A stretch of 63,440 bases of DNA, the filler included. It is 8 parts of 8 records of this genome, joined end to end, with 100 filler letters (N's around TTAATTAATTAA, not from the genome) between each part and the next. Parts side by side here need not be neighbours in the genome. Positions count along the whole stretch, not along the records: positions 42,892 to 49,220 come from SRR31156797_9254; positions 49,321 to 55,492 come from SRR31156797_9255; positions 55,593 to 63,440 come from SRR31156797_9256; 5 more parts are not named here. One strand, given 5' to 3'. The notes beneath the pieces were generated by a model. That model ran no database searches. It saw only the letters and a list, made by a program, of their open reading frames with translations, and had not been told where the DNA came from. Below, piece after piece: positions 48,605-59,500 of the stretch (positions within the stretch are counted from its first letter, which is position 1; the number at the start of each line of letters is the position of its first letter). A program made the translations under genes and the position numbers.

Positions 48605-49220
48605 CTAAGCCATTATTTCAATAAAAGCCTTCTCTACACCTTTTAGAATTCTTTCAATATCAGTATTATCATGTACAGCAGAAATAAAATGAGCTTCATA
48701 TTTAGATGGAGGTACCATTACACAGTTTTTAAGCATTACATCAAAATACTTAACATACATCTCATCATTAGTAGCAATTACATCTTCAAGAGTTTTGATC
48801 TCATTCTCTGCAAAGAAAATTGTATAAAGACTTCCCATATGATTAACAGTTGCAGGAACTTTATGCTCAGCAATAAGTTCTCTTATTCCATCAACTATTT
48901 TACTTGTCATCTCTTCTAAATGACCATAAAAATTAGGTACTTCTTTTAATTGCTTAAGTGTCTCAATACCTGCTCTAACTGAGATAGGATTTCCCGAAAG
49001 AGTACCTGCATGATATACATTTCCAACTGGAGCAATCATATTCATAATGTCTAATTTTCCACCAAAAGCACCAACAGGATATCCTCCTCCGATTATTTTT
49101 CCAAGAGTTGTAATATCTGCTTCTACACCGTAAACTTCTTGAGCTCCACCTTTAGCAAGTCTAAATCCGCTAATAACTTCATCAAAAATTAAAACTGTAT
49201 TATTGTTCGTACACATATCT
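48605..49220 (-). CDS. hemL: Glutamate-1-semialdehyde 2,1-aminomutase (5' truncated)
   Basis: LIFDEVISGFR, TTLGKIIGGGYPVGA, YHAGTLSGNP, PPSKYEA. Confidence 0.97.
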
Positions 49221-49320
49221 NNNNNNNNNNNNNNNNNNNNNNNNNNNNNNNNNNNNNNNNNNNNTTAATTAATTAANNNNNNNNNNNNNNNNNNNNNNNN
49301 NNNNNNNNNNNNNNNNNNNN
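49221..49320. other. Artificial contig linker
   Basis: N-run/TTAATTAATTAA/N-run. Confidence 0.99.
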
Positions 49321-49559
49321 AATGGCGAAGTTGAAGAAACCTGCATTAATTCCCACTTTATTCCGTCGTAACTAAGCAGGCCGTCGTTGTTGGCAAAATA
49401 CATTACGCCATCTTCATCCTGGCTGACAGCCCAGTTTTGAGTCCCAGCACCATAAACCGATTTTGGGTAATTTTTAATATAAGGAGTTCCAAAATTCTTT
49501 ACCTGAGCATAGCCAAAAAAAGGTAAAAGTATCAACAGTATTAGAAATGCCTTATTCAT
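49321..49559 (-). CDS. N-terminus of a beta-propeller (two-component regulator propeller/YYY-type) protein, truncated
   Basis: Signal peptide, GTPYIKNY..Y.AGTQNW..QD..G.MYFANNDGLL.YDG..W. Confidence 0.85.
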
Positions 49560-49825
49560 TAAAAATTAGTAATCAATCATAAAAATAATGAATATAATTA
49601 TTATAAATTAGGTATTGACATAATAAATCTAATTCCTGTCTTTGTTCAGAGCTCAGTCACATCTATAGAAATAAAATCATTATCTTCTTAATTTTGCACA
49701 AAACGTAATATGGTATTATATTATAGGTATACTCTGTTGATTGAAGCGAATATGAATCGGATTATTGCGACAGTACTGAATCTTTAAACTAACACAATCT
49801 ATAGAAGTATAGGCAGTTAAAACTT

Positions 49826-49912
49826 TCATAATTCAGCAGGAAAATACAATCTAAGTGTACTTCGAATATAATTGCTTAATTCATACATTGTATGATTCTG
49901 AATGAATGACAT
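49826..49912 (-). pseudogene. Remnant of a cheR N-terminus
   Basis: MSFIQNHTMYELSNYIRSTLRLYFPAEL* starts right after the cheW read-through and resembles the CheR N-terminal helices (L..I...GL.FP). Confidence 0.45.
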
Positions 49913-49914
49913 GG

Positions 49915-50373
49915 TCAAGTTATCCATTCCTTTTTTAGAACTGCATTGAGATTATTCTCTTCCTCAACCAATTAAAATTTATCAAAATCGTGAATCAAAA
50001 TTATCTCATCATTAATATTAGTAATTCCCTCAACAACGTTATTGAATCCAGAGAACTTGCCGGAGAGTGTTAAAACATCAGACTGTTTTATTGTTTTCAG
50101 TCCTATAATTTTGTCAACGAAAAAGCACAAAGTATTTTTATTCGTATTAACAATCAGAAGATTATCCTTAAGATCTGTAGTCTTTTCTTTTAACTGAAAT
50201 CGTTTTCTGAAATTAAGACCAGGAATGATTTCTCCTCCAATATTAACCACACCTTGAACTATTTCAGGAGCACCTGGTAATTCAGATATTTCAACTGAGT
50301 GCATGGCATACTTTATCTTCTGTCTAAAAACGCCTATTTTTAATATACCCAGGTTGACACACAGAATATCCAC
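49915..50373 (-). pseudogene. cheW: CheW-like protein with a premature stop near the C-terminus
   Basis: LPGAPEIVQGVVNIGGEIIP..FRKRF, FFVDKIIG; frame continues past TAA (49972) as LVEEENNLNAVLKKEWIT*. Confidence 0.65.
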
Positions 50374-50736
50374 TATTAAAGTTCTCTTTATCTTAGCATT
50401 AGTTAACTTTCAGAACAAAGTCTGAGCGCCAGGATATTACTATCAACACATTTATTATGATTTCTTTACCAACATTAACGTCCCTAAAAACCAAACAATT
50501 ACGCCCAACTCTATTACAGTTTAATAAAATTCTAATAATTTATATTTTCTTTTCTGAAGACTTATAGCATATAACCTGAATGATATTAAAGATTTCTGAC
50601 GTATTTGGAAATACTTTTGGGGGAGGTGGATGATTTGTTTACGCAAAATGATTGTCAGTATAAAAACCAAACGTTTGTACTAACAATGGATAAATTTATC
50701 GCATTTAAGGTTGGAGAAAACGCAGCAACCAGGTAT

Positions 50737-50779
50737 AAAAAAAGGCCTGCAAACCACATGATTTGCAGGCCTTTTTTTT
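50737..50779 (-). terminator. Intrinsic terminator after galM
   Basis: AAAAAAAGGCCTGCAAA-CCACATGA-TTTGCAGGCCTTTTTTT. Confidence 0.9.
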
Positions 50780-50791
50780 ATCACAGTAATT

Positions 50792-51910
50792 TTAAAGCGA
50801 ACTAAACTTATAAATACAAATAGAATAATATTCTGCACCGGATTCAAGAATTACACTAGGGAATTCAGGTTTATTCGGACTATCCGGAAAATGTTGTGTT
50901 TCCAAACAAAATGCGCTTCTGAGTCCGAAACTAATGTTGTTCTTACCAATATCCGTTCCATCCAGGAAGTTCCCGCCATAAAATTGGATACCCGGCTCGT
51001 TGGTATACACCTCCAATACCCTACCCGATTCCGGCTCTGTAACTTTTGCTGCCAAAACGGTAACATCATTATTGGTATTCAATACCCAATTATGGTCGTA
51101 ACCTTTTCCAACCTTAAGCTGCTCATTATCTGCTTCAACTCGTTCGCCAATAACTCTTGCTTCTTTAAAATCGAAAGGAGTTCCGGTAACTTCTGCCAAT
51201 TCACCGGTAGGAATTAAGCCACCATCAACAGGGGTATAACGATCTGCATTAATTTGCATTAAATGATCGTTAACCGAAGTTTTCCCAGCATCTTTCAAAT
51301 TGAAATAAGTATGATTGGTAAGGTTCAGTACCGTTTTCTTATCAGATGAAGCAAAATACTCTATTTTAAGTTCATTGGCTGCCGTTAACTGATATTTTAC
51401 TTTAACTGAAACTGTTCCTGGATAACCAGCTTCCAGATCAGGAGAAACATATGAAAAAGTAATCTCAGATTCATTCACATTTTCAACTTCCCACACCTGG
51501 CGATGAAAACCATTTCCTCCACCATGTAGATGGTTTTCACCATCATTCTTTTCCAAAGTATATTCAACGCTATCTATAGCAAAAGCACCATTTCCGATGC
51601 GGTTACCGTAACGACCAATAGTTGTTCCGAAGTAATTCTCCTTTTTTTCGACAAAATCATTACCGGTCCCATAACCAACTACAATATCTCCAAGAGTACC
51701 ATTTTTATCAGGAGTATATATACTTACAACCCTGGCTCCAAAATTAGTAAGCTGACATATCACTCCATTCTCGTTTTTAAGAGTATAGAGTTCAATCTTT
51801 TTACCACTTAGATCAAATTCAAAATCTTCAGCGGAAATGATTGTTAACTCATCTTTAGGCGCACAGCTTGCAAAAAGTAAAACTGCAATCAAAAAAACTA
51901 AGTTCTTCAT
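50792..51910 (-). CDS. galM: Aldose 1-epimerase (mutarotase), lipoprotein
   Basis: Lipobox LFASC; GRYGNRI, HLHGG, NLTNHTYFNL, GYDHNW, CLETQHFPDSPN. Confidence 0.96.
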   Translation of the reverse strand: MKNLVFLIAVLLFASCAPKDELTIISAEDFEFDLSGKKIELYTLKNENGVICQLTNFGARVVSIYTPDKNGTLGDIVVGYGTGNDFVEKKENYFGTTIGRYGNRIGNGAFAIDSVEYTLEKNDGENHLHGGGNGFHRQVWEVENVNESEITFSYVSPDLEAGYPGTVSVKVKYQLTAANELKIEYFASSDKKTVLNLTNHTYFNLKDAGKTSVNDHLMQINADRYTPVDGGLIPTGELAEVTGTPFDFKEARVIGERVEADNEQLKVGKGYDHNWVLNTNNDVTVLAAKVTEPESGRVLEVYTNEPGIQFYGGNFLDGTDIGKNNISFGLRSAFCLETQHFPDSPNKPEFPSVILESGAEYYSICIYKFSSL

Positions 51911-52103
51911 AACATTTATTTTTAAGTTTTATTCGGTTTTTGAAAAAGCATCTATCTAAAAATATTGAACCACAAAGTAGTATTGAAAATTGCAAAGAAC
52001 TCAAAGCATTAGCCATACTTGTAACCTTGTGAACTTTGCAAAATGTTAGCAATCACTTTGCTTCATTCATAATTTTAAACAACAGTTAACGATTCTAATT
52101 CGC

Positions 52104-53771
52104 CTAAGTTAACTGAGTTTCTACAAAAGCCCCAAATTTCTGATACTTTTCGTACAGATCTTTGTATTTCTCTACATTCTCTGGTATCGGGTGGTATTCC
52201 ATTTCAAATCCTCCACCCATTTTATCCTGAGCTTCACCAAGGTTAGTATAAACACCTGCCGCAACGGCAGCTGCCATTGCTGTACCCAAAGCACAGGCCT
52301 GCTCCGAATGCGCCACTTTAATAGGCATATCCAAAACATCGGCTACAATCTGCATTACAAGTGGAGATTTTTTAGCCACTCCTCCCAAAGCAATTACACC
52401 GTCAATACGAACTCCTTCTGAAATAAAACGATCGTTAATCGCTTTCGAACCAAATGCAGTAGCTTCAACCAAAGCACGAAAAATACGTGGAGCATCAGAT
52501 CCAAGGTTTAATCCGGCTATTGCTCCTTTTAAAGCCTGGTTAGCATCAGGAGTACGACGACCGTTCATCCAGTCTAAAGCAACAATTCCACTTTCACCGA
52601 TTGGAATTTTAGAAGCCTCTTCACTTAGTTTTGCAATTATCTTTCCTGAAGTTTCACTGATTAATTTTTGTTTGGTCGTTTCATCAATGAGCTCCGAATC
52701 AGCAAGAATATTAGTTAACGGCCATTCCAATACACGACGAAACCAGGCGTAGATATCACCAAAAGCCGATTGACCAGCTTCAAGCCCCATCATTCCTGGA
52801 ACAATAGAACCATCCACCTGTCCACAAATACCTTTAACCAACTTATCACCAACATCTTCTAAAGGAGCAATCAGCATATCGCAAGTAGAGGTCCCCATTA
52901 CTTTTGATACGTGGTACGGTTCAATTTGTGCACCAACGGCACCAAGGTGTGCATCGAAAGCACCAACACCAATAACCACATTTGGAGACAGGCCTAATTT
53001 CTGTGCCCACTCCTTTGTTAAGGTTCCGGCCGAAACATCAACGGTATAAGAGTCTTTAAACAAACGATCTTTTAAACCTGCCAGCATTGGGTCCAGTTCT
53101 ACTAAAAATTCTTCTGCCGGTAAACCACCAAAGGCTTCGTGCCACATGGCCTTATGTCCGGCAGCACAACGACTACGTTTAAGTGTTTTAGGATTTGTAT
53201 TTCCGGTAAGTACTGCTGAGATCCAGTCGCAATGTTCAACCCACGAGTAAGCTGCACGGTAAACACCAGCATCTTCGCGAATTACATGTAATAATTTAGC
53301 CCAAAACCACTCTGATGAATAAATTCCTCCTTCATATTTTGTAAAATCGATGTCCCACTTTTTTGATAGCACATTAATTTCATCGGCTTCTTTTACAGCT
53401 GTATGGTCTTTCCAAAGAACAAACATGGCATTTGGGTTTTCCTCAAATCCCGCAGTTAACGACAAAGGTGTACCTTTTTCATCAACTGCAACCGGTGTCG
53501 AACCTGTGGTATCAACAGAAATTCCTACCACGTTCTCAGCAACTCCCTCAGGTGCTTCTTTTAACGCTTCTACTATGGTGTACTCTAACCCTTCCAGGTA
53601 ATCTAAAGGATGCTGGCGGAATTGATTATTAGGTGCATCGCAATATTTGCCTTCTTTCCAACGCGGGTATTCAAAAACAACGCTGGCAACTTCTTCACCA
53701 TTTTCGGTGTTTACGATTAATGAACGTACTGAATCTGAACCGTAATCCAATCCTATTGTATATTTTGTCAT
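52104..53771 (-). CDS. araB: Ribulokinase
   Basis: IGLDYGSDSVR, QFRQHPLDY, LWKDHTA, YSSEWFW, LDWMNGRRTP. Confidence 0.96.
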   Translation of the reverse strand: MTKYTIGLDYGSDSVRSLIVNTENGEEVASVVFEYPRWKEGKYCDAPNNQFRQHPLDYLEGLEYTIVEALKEAPEGVAENVVGISVDTTGSTPVAVDEKGTPLSLTAGFEENPNAMFVLWKDHTAVKEADEINVLSKKWDIDFTKYEGGIYSSEWFWAKLLHVIREDAGVYRAAYSWVEHCDWISAVLTGNTNPKTLKRSRCAAGHKAMWHEAFGGLPAEEFLVELDPMLAGLKDRLFKDSYTVDVSAGTLTKEWAQKLGLSPNVVIGVGAFDAHLGAVGAQIEPYHVSKVMGTSTCDMLIAPLEDVGDKLVKGICGQVDGSIVPGMMGLEAGQSAFGDIYAWFRRVLEWPLTNILADSELIDETTKQKLISETSGKIIAKLSEEASKIPIGESGIVALDWMNGRRTPDANQALKGAIAGLNLGSDAPRIFRALVEATAFGSKAINDRFISEGVRIDGVIALGGVAKKSPLVMQIVADVLDMPIKVAHSEQACALGTAMAAAVAAGVYTNLGEAQDKMGGGFEMEYHPIPENVEKYKDLYEKYQKFGAFVETQLT

Positions 53772-53874
53772 TTTATTTTTGATTTTTTTTTGGAAGTTTT
53801 ATGCTGAACAAATAAAGTTTCTCTGCTCAATCCTACTCCCTTTTATCTTTAAACTATAAACGCTAAATGTTGAA

Positions 53875-54561
53875 CTATTTTTGTCCGTAGTAAGCATTCT
53901 TACCGTGCTTTCGCAAGTAATGTTTATCGAGCAAGAACTGATCGATTTCAGCATCAGGATTAAGCTGCAAAGCATTAAAGGCCATCATGGCAACTTCTTC
54001 CATAACTTTAGCATTGTGAACCGCATTGTGCGCATCCTTTCCCCATGAAAACGGACCGTGGTTATTTACAATAACTCCGGGAACTGCATCAGCTTCAATA
54101 TTGGCAAAAGTCTCTACAATTACATTTCCTGTTTCCACCTCATATGCTGTTTCCACCTCACCGGCTGTAAGTTTACGCGTACAAGGAATTGGTCCGTAAA
54201 AATAATCGGCATGTGTTGTTCCCAGCGCAGGAATACTTTTTCCTGCTTGTGCCCAACTTGTTGCCCAATTGGAGTGCGTATGTACCACTCCTCCAATATT
54301 TTCAAAAGCTTTATAAAGAACAAGATGAGTTGGCGTATCGCTCGATGGTTTTAATTTGCCCTCAACAAGATTGCCTTCAAGATCCACAACAACCATATCA
54401 TCTGCCTTCATATCATCGTATGAAACGCCACTTGGTTTAATCACCACCAAACCCTTTTCGCGGTCGATTGCACTTACATTCCCCCAGGTAAAAACAACCA
54501 AACCTAGTTTTACCAAATCAAAATTCGCCTGCAATACCTCTTCTTTTAATTTTTCAAGCAT
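53875..54561 (-). CDS. araD: L-ribulose-5-phosphate 4-epimerase
   Basis: [42 protein letters not shown]. Confidence 0.97.
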   Translation of the reverse strand: MLEKLKEEVLQANFDLVKLGLVVFTWGNVSAIDREKGLVVIKPSGVSYDDMKADDMVVVDLEGNLVEGKLKPSSDTPTHLVLYKAFENIGGVVHTHSNWATSWAQAGKSIPALGTTHADYFYGPIPCTRKLTAGEVETAYEVETGNVIVETFANIEADAVPGVIVNNHGPFSWGKDAHNAVHNAKVMEEVAMMAFNALQLNPDAEIDQFLLDKHYLRKHGKNAYYGQK

Positions 54562-54576
54562 ATTTTACAGTATTTC

Positions 54577-54618
54577 GTTCAGTGCTCAAAGTAGCTAACA
54601 CTACGATGAACACTGAAC
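54577..54618. promoter_or_regulatory. Intercistronic stem-loop between transporter and araD
   Basis: GTTCAGTG...CACTGAAC outer stem, GTAG/CTAC inner stem. Confidence 0.5.
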
Positions 54619-54636
54619 ATGTACTTTTAATTCTTT

Positions 54637-55492
54637 CTACCAGAAATAAATATAGAATACAACAGTTATTCCAACGATTATTAATGAGTGAACAACATCC
54701 CAGCGATTCCAGCTGGCACGTGTTGTTGCCTTTTGTTCTGAAGTTGCCGATGAGAATGTTAGTCCTTCAAGTTGAGCTGCAGAAGCAGGAGCAGTAAATT
54801 TACTCACCACAAGAACTACAAGCATACTAAAGATTAACATACCTCCACTAAAAAACAGCCAGTTAACCTCGTAAAACAAGGTATAAAAAATATTGTTTAC
54901 CCCAGTTTCCGACGCCCAAAGTTTAACATCTTCGTAGCCTGCACCACCTGCAAGCGAAGTATAAAGCACTTTGGCTCCAAGACGTAAAATACCGATTATA
55001 AAACCGGCAATCATTCCCCACATACCTCCTTTTGGTGTTGGCTTTGAAGACAAAACACCAAGCAAAAAAGCAGCTGCAATACCTGGAGCAAGTACAGACT
55101 GAACATCCTGCAGGTAAGTATACAATACATCACCGATACTACGCATTACAGGGATCCACAAAATACCCAGGATTACAATAACTACTGTTGCGGTTCTACC
55201 AACCCGTAACAATCTTTTTTCTGAAGCTTCAGGTCTGAATTTCTTGTAAAAGTCGATGGTAAACAGCATGGCCGAGGAGTTGAACAATGACGCCAACGAA
55301 CTCATCAAAGCTGCCAAAATTCCACATACAACCAAACCTTTGACCCCGGCTGGCAACAATTTGGCCACCAATGTTGGAAATGCAGCATCGGCATTGTGCG
55401 TACCGTTTTCAAGCATAGGTAAAAACGTTCCTGTTTTTTGATGCAAAGCAAAAGCAATCATACCCGGAATCATAAATAAAAATACCGGAGTA
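54637..55492 (-). CDS. Sodium:solute symporter, likely arabinose transporter (5' truncated)
   Basis: ADAAFP.LV..LLP.G.KGL..AALMSSLASLFNS...LFTIDFY. Confidence 0.93.
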
Positions 55493-55592
55493 NNNNNNNN
55501 NNNNNNNNNNNNNNNNNNNNNNNNNNNNNNNNNNNNTTAATTAATTAANNNNNNNNNNNNNNNNNNNNNNNNNNNNNNNNNNNNNNNNNNNN
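55493..55592. other. Artificial contig linker
   Basis: N-run/TTAATTAATTAA/N-run. Confidence 0.99.
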
Positions 55593-55597
55593 TAGAA

Positions 55598-55622
55598 CGC
55601 GATGCAATCGCGCACTAGCGGT
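55598..55622 (-). repeat. REP-like palindrome at the contig end, overlapping the stop codon of the FGE-fold gene
   Basis: Minus strand ACCGCTAGTGCGCGATTGCATCGCG; CGCGAT-GCA-ATCGCG hairpin. Confidence 0.4.
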
Positions 55623-56520
55623 TTTTTTTCTTCTTATCTCTTTTTACCTTTTCTGCAATACATCTGAATCCAAGCCATTTTTCTGGTTTAGAATAATATT
55701 GTACTGAATCAACATTACAACTATGACTTGCGTAATCTGCGTAACTACCTCCTTTCGCAATACCTTTCTGAGAAATCATTTCTGCAACATTACCAAATAA
55801 ATCATATATATGATTATTATCTCTCAAATAACTAGCAGGAATTAATAATTGTCCAAGCTGGAAGTTTTTATATTTACCTGCTGCTTTCGTTTGTGTTTTA
55901 TAACCATAACTGGGAAATTTAAAATACATAGTATCCTTCTGGTTACTTTTTTGTTCAGACTCTGTTAAACCACTCAAAGCATATTTTTTCCATTCATCTT
56001 CTGTCATTAGTCGAAAAAGATATTTTTCATCACCTTGAACTTTAGTTCTCCACCTACAAAATTGTACAACTTGATCATATGACACTCCAGTTATAGGGTA
56101 ATCTAACAAAATACAATTCTTAGTATAATCTGACTGCTCAAGTTTTCTTAGATCATCAGTTAGAATATCAGCGCAAGTGCTTTTATAATAACCGATAGAT
56201 ATAAATGAATTTTTAGCTAGATAATTAGATTTTTTATCGGACTTACAATTTTTTATATAAAACCATATTTCAGGAAGAACGCAACAACTATCTGGCAATA
56301 TTCTTTCAGCTGCTTCTTCTCCTTCTTGCTCCAAAACCCATGAATAATACGAAAGCCATGAAGCCACATCTACCTCCGTTTGATCTACGTATTTTTTATT
56401 TTCAACTTTAATGGTTGCATAAGGTCCTTTTTGCCCTAATGTTGTAGAAATAATTGGAATAAATAGAACCAATAACTTAAATTTTAATTTCATGTTTTTT
56501 GTTTTAATCTCGAACATCAT
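55615..56520 (-). CDS. FGE-sulfatase (SUMF1/GldK-like) fold protein, putative immunity protein
   Basis: Signal peptide, DQTEV, YPITGVS..FCRWR, RLMTEDEW, YDLFGNVAEM, KGGSY, LGFRC; starts at the RHS stop. Confidence 0.8.
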   Translation of the reverse strand: MMFEIKTKNMKLKFKLLVLFIPIISTTLGQKGPYATIKVENKKYVDQTEVDVASWLSYYSWVLEQEGEEAAERILPDSCCVLPEIWFYIKNCKSDKKSNYLAKNSFISIGYYKSTCADILTDDLRKLEQSDYTKNCILLDYPITGVSYDQVVQFCRWRTKVQGDEKYLFRLMTEDEWKKYALSGLTESEQKSNQKDTMYFKFPSYGYKTQTKAAGKYKNFQLGQLLIPASYLRDNNHIYDLFGNVAEMISQKGIAKGGSYADYASHSCNVDSVQYYSKPEKWLGFRCIAEKVKRDKKKKNR

Positions 56521-59500
56521 TAATAAAGTGATTTATATGCCAATAACCATATGTAGATAGATATTCATTACCTTTAAAATATTGATCTGTAATTTTTAAT
56601 ATACCTCTTGCAGCTTTACCTAGATAAGAAGTTGGAATATTATAACTATAATTTCTACCTCCTGTTGGATATTTATTTATTCGCCTTGAAAATGTTCCTT
56701 CAGTAATTTTTGAACGTACCTTATGTTTTCCTGTTCCGGTCCAAGATCGCTTAATATTGCTTTGAATTAATGATAACCCAAAAACAGTTTCATATCCCAT
56801 TTCAAATCGTTGTTTGTCTGATAAGTCACTACTAAAAATTGAATACCCTTCTCTTTTATCAAAATCATAACCTAAAATTCCAATATGATATCTACTAGAA
56901 GAAAATAGGCCATCCTCCATATTATCTGAAATATTATCTGCAAGAACAATTCCAGCAAAAGTCCTAGAACCACTTATCGCTCCCTTACCTACTTTTGCTG
57001 GAGTCATTGAAGTCAAGGCTGCAGATGCACCGTATCCAGCCATAGCCCAAACACCATTCCATCCCTTTTCATCTGCTTGTTTTAATTGGTCTTTATGACT
57101 AAATGCATTCATTGCTGTAACACTTGCATATCTGAAACCATAATTACCACCTGCATTACCAAAAACTGCATTCATACCCTGAGAAAATGTTTTTGCATTG
57201 CTAGCTGCACCTGCTCCAAAGGTATTCCAACCTAACCAAGAAACACCTGCTGTTATTCCTCCGGCTACAACTGCTTTCCATCCATAATTCCCAGTTGATA
57301 TTCCATATGATAAATAACCCGCAACGAAACCAACACCTGCAGCAATTAAATCATCAATACCAAACCATTCCCCTGTTGGATCTGTGTACAATAACGGATT
57401 ATTCAAACAATACGAATACTTATTATAGTTTAACCAGTTACCCGGTGATTGTAATTGTGGATCGGGACTCAGGAACGACCCTAGCGCAGGATCATAAACA
57501 CGTCCATTCATATTTATTAATCCAATACTATAATAGTGTTCGTGCATGGTAAATCCACGAGAAAAAGTACCTGCTGATACATTATCCGCTTCATCCCAAT
57601 TGTCATTCGATCTTTTAATACCCCATGGATCAAAAGATTGTTTTTCTATATTGCTGTTTCTATTATTGGTTAAGGCTACTAAACTTCCCAAATGATCGGT
57701 AAATGCATAGTATAATGTATCCTGGTTACCATGTATTACCTTAATAGCTGATAAGCCATTTCCACCATCTATATAATGAATTTTTCTAACTGTTCCATCT
57801 GCCAAATGTTCCTCCTCATAATTACCCAAATAGTATTTGGTTTTATGTACTCCATTATGCCAAAAATCCGCTTTACGTCGATAGTGATCTACTCCATAAG
57901 CCAATATAATACTATCTGAACCTTCAGTAATTTTATACATCTTATTAAAGTCGGTATAGGCAATATCCTGAGTAATATCCGATATTACATCCGGATTTCC
58001 ACTTATAGACGAAAGTGCATGAGGAGGGGTATTATTACCATACTGCATACTATAATCAATATCCGTTTTATCTGTAATATTACCGTATTGATCATCATAT
58101 TGAATTGAATTGGCTTTGCTTAAACTACCGTTTTTATAAATATCCCAATCTGTTAATCGCTTCAATTGATCGTAGAAAAACTCCTCCTTTTGCATGCTTA
58201 AACTATCCATACGGTATTCCATATTTCCGTCATTGTAAAAAACATAATTCATACAAATAACATTCGGACTTTTAATGGATTCTATTAAACCTTTTTCATC
58301 GTAGTTATAGTTTAACTGGCGATTACCATTTTTCATTTTAGTTAATTGGCCAAAACGATTTACCTCCTGCGCAGTCCAAATATCGGCATTATCACTATCG
58401 GTTAATTTAACCAAGTTACCGTAGCTGTCGTATTTATAACTTACCGCATAGCCCGAAGGATATGTTTCCTTTTTTACCCTACCAAGTTCATCGTATTCTG
58501 TACCAGTTGTAAACGATTGTTCTCCCAAAACAGTTTCATTTACGCCAATTACTCTATCCAGGTCGTCATATGTAAATGTCTGCGTATGTTTACCTTCAAC
58601 AGAAACAGAAGATACATTGTAGTTGTCATCGTAGGTATAACTAGTTAATTCACCGTTAGTGTACTTTTCTTTCAAAAGCCCCTTATTGGTATAAACAAAC
58701 GAATCTACATTAGCAGATGAATTGATGTGTATAATATGTTCATTTCTAATAATTTCTCCAAAACCATTATATTCCGATGTGATCACACCGGCATCCGGAT
58801 CGCTCAGGTAAATTCTGTTACCTTGCAAATCGTAGTCCATTTCCCACTTTAATTCAGGTGATCCCTGAGGAACGGAACTTCTTAACTGTCCAGATGGCTT
58901 GTAAGTAAAATGCACTGTCTTACCATTGATTTCCTGACCTATTTTCTGACCCATTTCATTCAGCGCCACAATTTTTGTTTGGTTAGGAGATATAATTGTA
59001 TTTACTAATTTATTGTAAATAAAAGATGTTTCCCCTTGTGGTGTTATTACCAGGGTATCTCTTCCATATGTATCGTAATAATGGGTACTGGCATAACTAA
59101 CTTGTCCTCCTTCTTCAAATGGTTGGGATACACGGAATAATCTGCCTTGGTCATCATATTCTTTAGATACTGATATTTTCTTATCGTTTAACAAATACGT
59201 ATCTGTTTGTATCTCTCTTCCATACTGATCGTACCAAGTGGTCACTGAGCTACTTCCAGAAACGTCCTTATAGGTATAATAAAATGCACCAATGGCATTT
59301 TCCAGATCAGCCCATTGGGTTGTTGAGGTCTGTTTTAAACCTTGCGGTGAAGTCGTTTTTAATAATCGACCGGCTTCATCATATTCATAGGATGTACTTC
59401 CGTATTTATCTGTTTCCGAATTCAATCTCCCTCTAAATACATCCCAATCATAACTTATGGTATTGTTTAAAATATCGGTTTCTGTTTCCAGAAATCTACC

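Noticed and set aside
49199-49217. Further copy of the 19-bp repeat inside hemL (TTGTTCGTACACAT)
   Set aside because: Partial match within coding sequence; may be coincidental
35264-49220. Apparent linkage of the B12-dependent rdhA cluster with neighbouring cobalamin genes
   Set aside because: They lie on different contigs separated by an artificial linker (42792-42891) and differ strongly in GC content
51960-52065. Imperfect TTGCAAAG/CTTTGCAA inverted repeat between araB and galM
   Set aside because: Looks like a degenerate intergenic stem-loop; single copy here and no function can be supported
55615-55760. Diversity-generating retroelement target (FGE fold ending in GFRC)
   Set aside because: No reverse transcriptase or template repeat in the contig
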